This document shows, in pieces, positions 16,658-26,944 of a DNA stretch of 64,000 bases. Origin of the DNA: Bdellovibrio sp. ZAP7 (GTDB taxonomy: Bacteria > Bdellovibrionota_B > Oligoflexia > Oligoflexales > RGVZ01); contig CAMDKS010000013.1 in the NCBI GenBank assembly GCA_945900755.1, forward strand, positions 662-64,661, written 5' to 3'. The number at the start of each line of letters is the position of its first letter. Positions within the stretch are counted from its first letter, which is position 1. Under the pieces are notes generated by a model, which saw only the letters and a program-made list of their open reading frames with translations, searched no databases and was not told the origin of the DNA. The translations under genes and the position numbers were made by a program.

Positions 16658-18223
16658 TTAATTTCGTTTCAACAATTTTGAAACAACCTCTAAAAGCTCT
16701 GCGGAGACAAACGGCTTTGAAAGGTAGGCATCAGGATTAAAATTTTGCTTAATGGTGTCCTCACTCATCTCCTCGAGAGCGCCAGAAATGAGAATTAGTC
16801 CAGTCTTACCGTTAGCAACTCTAATATCATGGAGCAGTTCTAGGCCATTTTTTTCCGGCATTCTCATATCGGAAATAACCACATCAGGATCCCACGTCTG
16901 AAATAGACGCAGACCCTCTGCGCCGTCAGCTGCCGTACGAATTTCGAAGGGCAAACCACGGAAAACATCGACAATCATGTCGCGAATATCCTCGTCATCA
17001 TCGACCACCAGAATCTTCGAATGCCCTTTGATGGTTTCTCTGAGGGACTCGACTCGAAGAATCGACGCATTAGGAAGGGTCACCCCAAAGGTGGCTCCAA
17101 TCCCACGCATATCGCCTCCTCCGAGCACAAAAATTTCTCCATTGTGCAACCTGACCAATTGCGAGACGATCGATAGGCCAAGCCCGACACCAGAGGCAGC
17201 ACCTTGCTGGTTGTCGAGTTGAGTATATTTGTCAAAAACACTTTTCAATTGTCCCTTAGGAATACCTGGACCCTCGTCCATGATTTCAATGCGAAGGGCT
17301 TTGTTATGACGTTTAAAATCGTCTATCAATTTCGTCGTGATCGTGACTTTTGTTCCTGACGGAGAAACCTTGAATGCGTTGGTCACGAGATTATCGATGA
17401 TTTGGCCAAATTTCAAGCGATCCACTTGAATTCCGACCGAGCCGCACCAGTTTGTGATGAGACCTACGCCATATTTTTGCGTGCCTATCATGGCCAAATT
17501 AAGTGTTAACTCGTTGAGTACAGAGTGAATTTCAACAATTTCAAGATTGATATTCATTCCGTCATTTATTTTGGAAAAATGCAGAAGATCTTCGGACATG
17601 GCGACACAGCGAGCGATATTTCTTTTGATGGTGGCAATAAAATTCAAATGTGATTCAGGCAGATTTTTGTTCTGCAATTGCAGCATGTCGCAACAAGCCC
17701 CGATCGCCCCCAAAGGAGATCTTATGTCGTGGAGTAAGATTCCCACAAAGTCATCGCGATTTTTAATTTTTTCTTTTGCTTGAACCAATTCTTCAAATTT
17801 CGATCGATAGGCCTGAGTCATGGCTGACAGTGAATTGAGGACCCACAGGATGCCGACGGGTTTGTCATTTTCAGTAATTGGAATAAACCGGAAAGCATGT
17901 TGAATAAAAATTTGACAGGCCTCGTGGTGAGAAGCCGTTGACGGCAGACTTATCGGACAGGGAGTCATAATATCGTGAGCTTTTAAACTTACAGATTTTT
18001 TTACCGCAGCAAGCAATTCTACACTTCCCACACTTCCTACGAGCAGGCCAGCCTCATCGACGACGAGCATGACTTCCGCTTTCCTTAACCTCTCGTCTTG
18101 AAGAAGTTCCTCGAGGGACGTGTCCTGCGGAATGACTCCATAAATTGGCGACATCAGGGTCGACACTTTTTGAGAATCATGCGTGGCCTGCTGGGGCGTT
18201 GAATTGGGAATCGTTGAAGTCAT
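16658..18223 (-). CDS. Hybrid sensor histidine kinase with an N-terminal CBS pair and a C-terminal receiver
   Basis: CBS-like VVDEAGLLVGSV / DIMTP / PITENDKPVGIL; H-box LHDIRSPL; NAFK, DEGPGI, GVGLGL; receiver VVDDD..SDMRMP..KPF. Start codon uncertain. Confidence 0.88.
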   Translation of the reverse strand: MTSTIPNSTPQQATHDSQKVSTLMSPIYGVIPQDTSLEELLQDERLRKAEVMLVVDEAGLLVGSVGSVELLAAVKKSVSLKAHDIMTPCPISLPSTASHHEACQIFIQHAFRFIPITENDKPVGILWVLNSLSAMTQAYRSKFEELVQAKEKIKNRDDFVGILLHDIRSPLGAIGACCDMLQLQNKNLPESHLNFIATIKRNIARCVAMSEDLLHFSKINDGMNINLEIVEIHSVLNELTLNLAMIGTQKYGVGLITNWCGSVGIQVDRLKFGQIIDNLVTNAFKVSPSGTKVTITTKLIDDFKRHNKALRIEIMDEGPGIPKGQLKSVFDKYTQLDNQQGAASGVGLGLSIVSQLVRLHNGEIFVLGGGDMRGIGATFGVTLPNASILRVESLRETIKGHSKILVVDDDEDIRDMIVDVFRGLPFEIRTAADGAEGLRLFQTWDPDVVISDMRMPEKNGLELLHDIRVANGKTGLILISGALEEMSEDTIKQNFNPDAYLSKPFVSAELLEVVSKLLKRN

Positions 18224-18462
18224 TTCGAAGTTTCCTAGGGGACCATGGATTAACAGCACTACCACACTCGATACTCTGAATTGAGCCTGCACAAGTACAG
18301 TATTCTTCTTTAATAATATCATGTTACCAAGAAATACGTCCAACTTGGTCGGCACTTATTTTTAGGTAAAATGGCAAAGTCCTCTGAAATCTATGGATAT
18401 TTGCTGGTTTTTAGGCGAAAAGTCATCGACGTTGCAGCTCACTTAAATGGGATCAGTCCTCA

Positions 18463-19509
18463 GTGCAAAACCTTGGTATTAAATTTCCATACATGATCGC
18501 GCCTATGGTGGGGATTAGTCACGTGGCCTTCAGGGAATTAGTGCGCTCGTATACTCCTTCGCCTATTGAGGCTCTTCGATTTACCGAGATGCTGTCGACG
18601 CGAAAACTTCCTAGCGAAAAATTGGATCTGACCCCACAGCTACGCGTATCAGAGGGGGAAAGATTTTTCATTCCGCAGCTCCTAGGAAATGAAGAAAAAT
18701 TTATCGGGCCAAGCGTCAAAAAGCTCTTACCCTTATCTCCGTGGGGTTTTGACATTAACATGGGGTGCCCACAGACCCATATTCTTCGTCACAATTGGGG
18801 CGTGCGACTCATGGGGGATTCAGCTTATGCGGCTGAGGTGGTCAGAATGGTCAAGCGCCATACGAACATCCCTGTAAGTGTTAAGCTCCGCGGCGGCGCC
18901 GATAAGGATATTGATAAAAATTATTTGCTCGATTTTACGGCCGCGCTTGAAGATGCGGGAGTCGATTGGCTGACGATTCACGCCCGGCCACGCGCCGCAA
19001 AACATGAAGGCCCCGCCAACTGGGACATAGTCGGTGAGGTGGCACAGGCGAGAAAGATTCCGGTGATCGCAAATGGCGACATTCAAACGTCGGCCGATGC
19101 CATTAAAATTGTAAGAGACTACAACTGCGCTGGTGCGATGATTGCCAAGGCCGCGACGGCGCGTCCTTGGATTTTTTGGCAAATCGCAGAGGACCTTGGA
19201 CTCAATGGTGCCCCCCCAGGTCGCGAAGGTGAGCGCGCCCCACGAACCCCCGAAGAAGAAGGCCGCGAGTTTCACCGTTCTTTTCTTACCTTAATCGACC
19301 TCGTCGAACAATATTTCGGAACGGGTGACGGCGTCGAAGAATACGGCATGCAAAAATTGCGTTTTTACGCCGCCCTCGCAGCCAAGTGGTTTTTGTTTGG
19401 CCACAGCTTTTGGCGCGTAACCACCAAGGCCAAAACGTTTCAACAAATGAGAGAAGGCGTCGCCCACTATTCCGAGACTTATACACAGGAAATGTACGCC
19501 CGCATTTAA
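18463..19509 (+). CDS. tRNA-dihydrouridine synthase family protein
   Basis: APMVG, FTEM, DINMGCP, PVSVKLR, IHAR, PVIANGDI. Confidence 0.9.
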   Translation: MQNLGIKFPYMIAPMVGISHVAFRELVRSYTPSPIEALRFTEMLSTRKLPSEKLDLTPQLRVSEGERFFIPQLLGNEEKFIGPSVKKLLPLSPWGFDINMGCPQTHILRHNWGVRLMGDSAYAAEVVRMVKRHTNIPVSVKLRGGADKDIDKNYLLDFTAALEDAGVDWLTIHARPRAAKHEGPANWDIVGEVAQARKIPVIANGDIQTSADAIKIVRDYNCAGAMIAKAATARPWIFWQIAEDLGLNGAPPGREGERAPRTPEEEGREFHRSFLTLIDLVEQYFGTGDGVEEYGMQKLRFYAALAAKWFLFGHSFWRVTTKAKTFQQMREGVAHYSETYTQEMYARI

Positions 19510-19553
19510 TGGCTCCAGCGGCCTCTGGCCGTTCTCAGGGCTACCTGGGTCGG

Positions 19554-21137
19554 TTACCGCACCTCAAAGCCGAACATCATTCCCGTACCAAGATGCTCAC
19601 TGATGTGACAGTGCCCCATCCACCGGCCTGGATTCTGGTTGTCAAGAACCACGTCCACTGTCTCGCCTGCACGAACTAACACCGTGTCTTCCCAGCCCAC
19701 GGTCTCCTCAGGCAAACCATTGCGAGCCAACACAATAAATCTCTGGCCGTGGAAGTGCATGGGGTGCTGCATCGGGTGATGCTTGCCGTCGTTAATAATT
19801 CTGATTTTGACCGGTTTATTTTTTGTGAACAGCCAATTAATCGCCATGTTTTCTTTACCGGTCGCAGGATCTATAACACGCCACGTCACATCTTTATCCG
19901 ACATGGCTGCGTTCATCTCGGACATTGAATCCTCCCACTCTATGCCCTCAGCGCCTGCGCCCTGACCCATCATGTGTTCGGCATGTTGGCCACGAAGTGT
20001 CGCATCTATTTTCATAGTGAAATCAGGCTTCGCCGCCGCCAACGACAACAACGGTTGAAACATATCACTGAGCTCCTTGCGTTCCTGCAGGCGTTCAAAG
20101 TTGGCCCCTAGCTTTGCTCGCTCAAGGGTCGTGAATTTTGGATTTTTTGCCACGAAAATCTTACCTAATACTTGTTTCTTCTTTGGACCAATATTTTCAA
20201 GGGTGACTGTTTTTGGATTCAAAAAAAACACATCCACTACCGCTCGTTCACTCGGGGCCAAAATCAATTCATCGATCATACGATCTTTTGCGTACGGTCC
20301 GGAATCACCGCCAATAAGTTTCATTTTAGCACCCGAGAACGTAAGCTTAAACGGGCGTGCATTTGCGGTATTTGTCATCCAATAACGGACTACAGAACCA
20401 AGTTTTGCTGTCGAGCTCCAATTGGATTTATTATTTACCAGATTAAAATTTCCATATCGGCCCATCAATGCATACGATAGTTTTCCACTTTTGAACTCTG
20501 GCAGCTGGCCTTCTCCCACCAACAAATCATCGACTACGATCACTTCATCGCGATCAACAGCAGGCATTTTCGAAAGGTCAGTATCCATGACCCAGTAGTT
20601 ACCCTGAAGCCCCATTTCCTGCCCATACTCATCACTCATGTGTGGGTGATACCAAAAAAGTCCCGCGTCAGGAAATTTTAGATCATAGGTATGAGATTCG
20701 TTATTCAAGATCGGATCTTGACCAATGCCGACGACGCCGTCATTTTTATCGTCCACACGCAACCCATGGGAATGCAAGCTTGTGGGCTCCCCCGTTTGAT
20801 TTGTAAGTTTCAATTTTATTTTGGTTCCCTGTTTCGCAACGATCATGGGGCCGGGAATCATGCCATTATACGCAAGCCTTGTGAGCCATTTCCCGTCAAC
20901 TTTATCACGTACAAAACCCGCAATTAATTCAATCGAATCACCGTCCGAAACTTTAATGATTTTAGTGGCCGTCACCGGCTTAAGATGAACGGACTCGGGA
21001 ATGGTTCTGGCCTCAGCCCCTTGGCCCACTAAGCTGGCGCCTAGGATGGTAGCAAGACTCAAAACCATGAAAACCAGCCGTCCCAAGGCTCCCACGGACT
21101 TCCGGTCGATACAAATATACATAAATAAATTCAACAC
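19554..21137 (-). CDS. Multicopper oxidase (CueO/laccase-like)
   Basis: Cu motifs HSHG, WYHPH, HPMHFHG, HCHISEH..GM. The true start may be downstream (e.g. 21068). Confidence 0.92.
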   Translation of the reverse strand: MLNLFMYICIDRKSVGALGRLVFMVLSLATILGASLVGQGAEARTIPESVHLKPVTATKIIKVSDGDSIELIAGFVRDKVDGKWLTRLAYNGMIPGPMIVAKQGTKIKLKLTNQTGEPTSLHSHGLRVDDKNDGVVGIGQDPILNNESHTYDLKFPDAGLFWYHPHMSDEYGQEMGLQGNYWVMDTDLSKMPAVDRDEVIVVDDLLVGEGQLPEFKSGKLSYALMGRYGNFNLVNNKSNWSSTAKLGSVVRYWMTNTANARPFKLTFSGAKMKLIGGDSGPYAKDRMIDELILAPSERAVVDVFFLNPKTVTLENIGPKKKQVLGKIFVAKNPKFTTLERAKLGANFERLQERKELSDMFQPLLSLAAAKPDFTMKIDATLRGQHAEHMMGQGAGAEGIEWEDSMSEMNAAMSDKDVTWRVIDPATGKENMAINWLFTKNKPVKIRIINDGKHHPMQHPMHFHGQRFIVLARNGLPEETVGWEDTVLVRAGETVDVVLDNQNPGRWMGHCHISEHLGTGMMFGFEVR

Positions 21138-21294
21138 ATTACCCCTAGGACTAAAAAATATTCAATGCCCCAAAACCTTCATGCTCGTATTTTATCATGA
21201 CTTGGTGTATAGTTTCTATAGAATCCCGATGTTTTTAAACTCGGTTTTATTAATAAGTTCATCTCCCCAAGACCACGACATGATGAGGTATTCC

Positions 21295-21729
21295 TTGCCA
21301 AATATTGGACCTACAATTGGAGAACCTGCTGCCAACGGACTCTTTGGTTGGCATGTCACATCAAACACGATGAACGTCCGTGTCGTGCCTGAGTATTTGC
21401 CCAAGCGATCAAGTCCTGAGCAAGATTTTCACGCTTTTTCTTATCATGTCACGATTACTAATTTAGGCCATGAGTCCGTGCAGTTGCTACGACGCCAATG
21501 GACGATTACAGATGGGAATGGAGTGATCGACATCGTTGAGGGCGAAGGAGTGGTTGGTATCCAGCCCAGGATTAAGCCTGGCGAATCATACGAATATCAT
21601 AGCGGCTGCCCGCTTCGAACGACTACGGGCTACATGAGTGGTTGGTATTTTTTTGAAACTGAAAAAGGCGCAGCCTTCCGATGCAGAATTCCTGCCATTT
21701 TTTTGCGACACGATAAAGTTCGTCATTGA
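21295..21729 (+). CDS. apaG: ApaG protein
   Basis: FSYHVTITN..VQLLRRQWTITDG..VEGEGVVGIQP.I.PGESYEYHSGCPL.T..G.M.G. TTG start chosen after GAGG. Confidence 0.9.
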   Translation: MPNIGPTIGEPAANGLFGWHVTSNTMNVRVVPEYLPKRSSPEQDFHAFSYHVTITNLGHESVQLLRRQWTITDGNGVIDIVEGEGVVGIQPRIKPGESYEYHSGCPLRTTTGYMSGWYFFETEKGAAFRCRIPAIFLRHDKVRH

Positions 21730-21748
21730 AATTTATTCCGCTTTAAAA

Positions 21749-22204
21749 CTAGGTTCGACCCTTGGTATTTTCCAAAAGTTCGCGGCGGTAGAATGGTTTT
21801 CCATTTACGGCTAGTGAAACGTAAAATCCGTCGAGATCATACCCAAGCTGCGAAATCATCGCACGAAGTTGCGGCCACAAAACAGCTTCAGGGATCCCCA
21901 AGATATTTGGGGCATGAGGAGCGATATATCCGACCACAGCGGTTGCTGGCTGAAATTGGCCGGGGATCATGACAAAGGAAATTTCACCAACAGGATCAGC
22001 CAATACGCGGCCATCGCTCAATACTCCACGAATGGTCCAAACTTCAGCTTGCTCAGAAATCACCATGCGATCACCAAGGCCGACCACTAGAATTTCCCCA
22101 GCCACAGCTTCGGGCGTTTGTGTGTCGTTTTTGTCAGAAGGCGTTGAGCTATTCAAGACTTTTAGGCGGCTTGTTCGGCTTTTTGTCGTGTGGTCAGTAA
22201 ACAT
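21749..22204 (-). CDS. Hypothetical protein
   Basis: 151 aa ORF filling the gap between apaG and the M23 gene; no motif recognised. Confidence 0.5.
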   Translation of the reverse strand: MFTDHTTKSRTSRLKVLNSSTPSDKNDTQTPEAVAGEILVVGLGDRMVISEQAEVWTIRGVLSDGRVLADPVGEISFVMIPGQFQPATAVVGYIAPHAPNILGIPEAVLWPQLRAMISQLGYDLDGFYVSLAVNGKPFYRRELLENTKGRT

Positions 22205-22370
22205 TAATCACCATGTAAGTTTCAGAGTCATTGATTCTTTTATTTTGCTTAAGGAGCAACAAATCGCAAATGCCCCCACCCTGTCAAGGAAAAGTCGCAA
22301 TCTACCAGAAATGTTATACCTAACAAATTTTAAGGAGTGAGATTTGGTTAATTTTTAACCTGATCGAAAT

Positions 22371-23231
22371 CTATTTGGATGCCGCTACATTACGACCATT
22401 TCCCGAACGCTTGGACAAATTTTTGTGGTGGCGTGGCTTAACTTTGCTTGAAGCCAATGCGCCCTTATTTCGCGAGTGACCAACTTTAACCACCGATTTG
22501 TGATGAAGATAGAGCTCAGGATCAAGAGGTTTATTGTCGAAGTTTCGCAATTCAAAATGCAGGTGAGCTCCCCTTGCATTCCCCGAACGTCCGACTTTTG
22601 CAATTAAATCACCTTGGCGCACCTTACTGCCCACCCTTGCAATCAATTTACTGGCATGGGCATAAAGAGTCATAAATGCACCATGGTCTATGATAACCGT
22701 CAGGCCATATCCTCGTTGCCGCCCACTAGCAATCACCTCACCATCACCTGCAGCGATGATGGGGGTTCCGACATTTGCAGCAAGGTCGATTCCCTTATGA
22801 TTTTTACGCCCCCTCTTACCGAAGTGGCTCGAAATTCGGGATTCCACAGGATAAATTAAGGAAACTGGCTCTTTGGACTGAGGCCCAACAAGCAAACCTT
22901 TGTTAGGACGCTTTAGAAAATCTAAGTCTTCATCATCGAGATCCTCTTCTGGAGAAGATTCGGGTTCATGTGTCTCAGCAAGGAGCGGTTGCGAGTCTGG
23001 ATTCCCAGCAATTTTTAGGACTTGACCTTCCTGAAGGCCTTGCGCCAATGTTGGTTGATTCAACTGTACGATGGACTCCCAGGTTACGCCATGTGCGTCG
23101 GCAATCGTCCTTAGGGTCTCATTTTTTTTCACGATAACGGTAACGGTATTTGAACCACTACGAAGGGATGCACAACTCACGCTCATAAAGAATAAGAAAA
23201 CGGTGATCAAACCAATTTGGATACGACTCAT
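22371..23231 (-). CDS. LysM + M23 peptidase lipoprotein (NlpD-like)
   Basis: Lipobox VSC; LysM VKKNETLRTIA..HGV; HKGID and HLHFE motifs; lies downstream of surE. Confidence 0.9.
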   Translation of the reverse strand: MSRIQIGLITVFLFFMSVSCASLRSGSNTVTVIVKKNETLRTIADAHGVTWESIVQLNQPTLAQGLQEGQVLKIAGNPDSQPLLAETHEPESSPEEDLDDEDLDFLKRPNKGLLVGPQSKEPVSLIYPVESRISSHFGKRGRKNHKGIDLAANVGTPIIAAGDGEVIASGRQRGYGLTVIIDHGAFMTLYAHASKLIARVGSKVRQGDLIAKVGRSGNARGAHLHFELRNFDNKPLDPELYLHHKSVVKVGHSRNKGALASSKVKPRHHKNLSKRSGNGRNVAASK

Positions 23232-23280
23232 TTTGCTCTCCTTTCTGCTTAGCTTGGTGTGAGAAATCCTTTTCCCACTG

Positions 23281-24063
23281 CTAAAAATGCTGATCAAAGG
23301 CCCCCGCCATTTTCGCTTTAAGCAGAGAGTTACTCTGCTCATCCAAGAAACTAGGTCGCAGCACCGATGCGGTCACAAATCCTTGATCAATCAAAACACA
23401 GTCCGAATCTGGAATATCATCGAACATCTCACCGCCGGCACCAATCCAATAATAAGCCCGACCCCGAGGATCGGTGCCCTCTTGCATTCCTTCTTCATAC
23501 ACACGCCGCCCAAGGCTGGTTACGGCGATACCCTTTAACTTCCCGAACGGAAGGTTTGGAACGTTGATGTTGAGCAACGAGTTTATCGGCACGGTATCCA
23601 TAATATCTTGCCGCTCAACCAGCATCCGAACAACCTTTGCAGCCGCTTCATAGTGAATAGACTCCCTGGCTGAACCATACGAAGACACCGCTATCGAACG
23701 AATCCCATGGAGAGTTCCCTCCATCGCCGCCCCAACTGTTCCTGAGTAAATAGTATCTACACCTAGATTAGCACCTCTATTAATGCCACTCAATACCCAA
23801 TTTGGCTTACGCCTCAACAACTTACGGATTGCCAACATAACGCAATCGGCGGGAGTGCCCTCAACGGCATAGGTATTCGACGAAATTTGTTCCATTCTCA
23901 AAGGAGAATAAATAGTGATCGCATGGCTTGAGGCTGAGCGTTCAACGTGAGGCGCGACAATAACGACGTCACCCATATCCTTAAAAGCAGCAGCCAGAGC
24001 AAGCATCCCAGGGGCGTGAACTCCGTCGTCATTGGTTATGAGAAACAATGGCTTTTGTGACAA
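23281..24063 (-). CDS. surE: 5'/3'-nucleotidase SurE
   Basis: ITNDDG, GTPADCV, SGINRGANLG..YSGTVGAAMEG, DPRGRAYYW. Confidence 0.96.
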   Translation of the reverse strand: MSQKPLFLITNDDGVHAPGMLALAAAFKDMGDVVIVAPHVERSASSHAITIYSPLRMEQISSNTYAVEGTPADCVMLAIRKLLRRKPNWVLSGINRGANLGVDTIYSGTVGAAMEGTLHGIRSIAVSSYGSARESIHYEAAAKVVRMLVERQDIMDTVPINSLLNINVPNLPFGKLKGIAVTSLGRRVYEEGMQEGTDPRGRAYYWIGAGGEMFDDIPDSDCVLIDQGFVTASVLRPSFLDEQSNSLLKAKMAGAFDQHF

Positions 24064-24215
24064 TTGCAGCCCCTTATCATAAAAATAGATGCGGCAAATC
24101 TACTTAAGGTTACGACAATGCGCAAGGTAACCACCAATATTAGAAGGCGATTAAAGTCTTAATGTACAAAAAAAGTGCGAATATATAATGGCTTGCCTAC
24201 ATTACAAACAACGAT

Positions 24216-25985
24216 TCAGGGGGCCTGCCTAGAAGCAACGCACACCATGTAGCCGTCAATGTCACGACACGTTCGGTCGGGACGAGGCGACAACAGCTCC
24301 GCGGGTGCGCCCCTTCGAACAACGTATAGACTATCGGCTGCAAGCGGGCCGGCCAAAAATTCGTAATACTGTGACGTGCAGTAAAGCTTCGACACGAGTT
24401 CGTCATAACGCGCGAGCACGCCACTATTCTCTGTCATGTTATGGAGTGCGGCAAATTTGGCCAATTCTGGCCACTCATAGTGATGGTGAGCCCACATTGG
24501 TTCGCAGTAGCCGCCCTCTTGGTAGGGAGGAATAAGCTTAATATGTGAATATTTCGTCGCCTCATTCTCCCAAAATGGACTCGTCAATTTTTGACGTTCA
24601 AACTTTGGAAAACGCTTTGAACGCCCAGCCATCCAGGGACCCAGATCGATCGCTTGCAAAAGTAAGGCTCCTGCAAAAATATACCTCGCTCTTTTTTTGT
24701 CATAGAAATTTGCGGTCGCAGCCATCGCTGTAAGAATTAAAAGGTAGTAACCCGGCCATACGAAGCGGCCAGCGACCCGCACCGACGTGGTGATTGCTTT
24801 TAACGGGAGCCAAAAAGCCTCTAAATCAACAATCCAAAACGTGCCAATAAACAGTCGTTCGCCAAACGCATAAAACCACATCATGCCACATGCAACCAAA
24901 ATTCCTCGGTAGCTTGGCTCTCGCATAAAGTCACGGAGTTTGCCACGCACGCTCGGCATCATCACAGAAATCAAGAATAACCAACCGCCCACCCCAGGCC
25001 ACGCATAACCCTCATAGAGCCCTGCCTTTCGCCTAAAGGAAGGTAAAAAAGAACTGGTCGAAAAATTATTGAAAATAGCGAGTAAATCACTGCTAAACCA
25101 ATGAAATCCATCCATTTTTGAGGCGCCACTTAACAATCCAAACAGACCCAAAACCACAAATAGCGAAAGCATCAAACCTGCGGTTGCCAACAGCAAACTG
25201 AACATTGATTTTCTTAACTCAGCTGGTCGTCTTTTTCGCTCGCCAAGAAAGCGCGACAACGGCATTGCCCAACATAGACCCGCCACCATTAAGGCAATAT
25301 ACGGCTGAATGAGTGTGGCCATCGCCAAAACTAGGACCGAACGCCACTTAGGCACTTTGCCCTCAGCGCCGTGCTTCGTCGATTCGAAGTACTCACCATT
25401 CAAGTCAATGCACCACAAAATGAGCCAATGCGACATTAAGGCAATGTGATTCCACCGATAGACTAATACGGGGCTAAGAGCCATCATGACCACGCCAATA
25501 ATTAGGCAGAATCGATCCTTGATCCACCGCCGCAAGATCCTATAGGCAAACACACTTTGCAGTACGAAACATAGTAGCACCCACCACCCAAAATACTGGA
25601 AGTCTTCTGGCAACCAAGCACTGATGGCGCGAAATGAAAAAGCGGCGAGCGGAATAGAGTCCGTATAGGCTGTATAGGTATCGAGGGGAGCCATGAAATT
25701 TGGAATCGACCCAAGAGGAAACGACATCGGCGCATGGCGCAAAAAATACCAGCCTAAATAATAAAGAGTGATGTCGACCGTGGGCAAATAAGTGGTCGAC
25801 GGCGGATGGAACAACCAATCCAAATTTGTCGGATCTAGGATGTAAAGTGGCATCGTCAACGCAAAAGCTAGGAAGCCTAAAAAAACCGCTCCCACCATCA
25901 TCATCCATGAATGACCTGAGGCCCCGGACCCACTGTTTTTCAACGTCATTAGCCCCACCAAAAACAATAATGATTTATTGCGCAC
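24216..25985 (-). CDS. Polytopic membrane protein, GT-C/DUF6311-like putative glycosyltransferase
   Basis: About 12 hydrophobic segments; YLGW.F, YTDSIPL, FQYFGWW, YEGYAW.G, R..GRF.WP motifs. Confidence 0.65.
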   Translation of the reverse strand: MRNKSLLFLVGLMTLKNSGSGASGHSWMMMVGAVFLGFLAFALTMPLYILDPTNLDWLFHPPSTTYLPTVDITLYYLGWYFLRHAPMSFPLGSIPNFMAPLDTYTAYTDSIPLAAFSFRAISAWLPEDFQYFGWWVLLCFVLQSVFAYRILRRWIKDRFCLIIGVVMMALSPVLVYRWNHIALMSHWLILWCIDLNGEYFESTKHGAEGKVPKWRSVLVLAMATLIQPYIALMVAGLCWAMPLSRFLGERKRRPAELRKSMFSLLLATAGLMLSLFVVLGLFGLLSGASKMDGFHWFSSDLLAIFNNFSTSSFLPSFRRKAGLYEGYAWPGVGGWLFLISVMMPSVRGKLRDFMREPSYRGILVACGMMWFYAFGERLFIGTFWIVDLEAFWLPLKAITTSVRVAGRFVWPGYYLLILTAMAATANFYDKKRARYIFAGALLLQAIDLGPWMAGRSKRFPKFERQKLTSPFWENEATKYSHIKLIPPYQEGGYCEPMWAHHHYEWPELAKFAALHNMTENSGVLARYDELVSKLYCTSQYYEFLAGPLAADSLYVVRRGAPAELLSPRPDRTCRDIDGYMVCVASRQAP

Positions 25986-26164
25986 GTTTATACGACTATA
26001 AAAAAATGAGACTAGTTTATTAACTATACAAAATCAACTCCTCTCTACCTTTGTTGCCCTCTCAAAGATATCGACAAACACGAGTTAAAACACTATCCTC
26101 CCTTGGCCTGCGGGCAATGACTCTTATTTGAAATCGAGCGACTACTTGGCGAGGCCACTATACG

Positions 26165-26944
26165 ATGATGCAAGGTAAAAAAATTGTGGTGGTAATGCCT
26201 GCTTATAATGCAGAGAAGACTCTTCGGAAAACGGTTGCCGAAATAGATCGGACGATCGTCGATGAGGTCATTCTTGTTGATGATTGCAGCAAAGACAAAA
26301 CGGTCATGATTGCCAAGGAACTCGGCCTGCATGTTGTCGTTCATGACAAAAATCGCGGTTACGGCGGCAATCAGAAATCCTGCTATGCGAAGGCTCTCAG
26401 TCTCGGAGCCGATATTGTGGTGATGGTCCATCCTGACTATCAATACACCCCAAAATTAATTCCAGCGATGGCTGCTGTTTTGTTAAGTGATGAATTTGAT
26501 ATTGCTCTTGGATCACGAATTTTGGGTGGTGGGGCTTTGCGTGGCGGAATGCCTGTCTACAAATATATTGCAAATCGATTCCTAACTCTTGCCCAGAATC
26601 TACTTACAGGAATGAAACTCTCTGAATTTCACACCGGCTACAGATCATTTACCCGAAAAGTATTGACGACTTTGCCGATCCACAACAACAGTGATGATTT
26701 TGTTTTTGATAATCAAATGCTTCTTCAGGCCCATTACGCGGGATTTTTCATCGCATAGATTACCTGCCCGACCAAATATTTTGATGACGCATCGTCCATC
26801 AATTTTGCTCGAAGTGTGAAATATGGACTTGGATGCCTCGGCGTGGCCGCACAATACTTTTTAGGCAAACGCGGAATGACCAATCCTAAAATATTTCACG
26901 GCATGACACTTGCCAGCACCACGAAAGCTAAGGAGTCTGTGTGA
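26165..26944 (+). pseudogene. GT2 polyprenol-phosphate glycosyltransferase interrupted by an in-frame TAG at 26756-26758
   Basis: VMPAYNAE, VDDCSKD, NRGYGGNQK, HPDYQY. After the TAG the same frame continues ITCPTKYFDDASSINFARSVKYGLG... to TGA 26944, which overlaps the next GTG start. Confidence 0.85.

Noticed and set aside
21001-21294. Long N-terminal extension of ApaG in the ORF track
   Set aside because: It overlaps the divergent multicopper oxidase start and the AT-rich spacer; an RBS-supported start exists near 21280-21295.
26756-26758. Genome-wide TAG reassignment or pyrrolysine as the explanation for the GT2 stop
   Set aside because: TAG ends fabI, hicB and other genes at expected lengths; only one internal TAG was seen; no pyl genes in the window.
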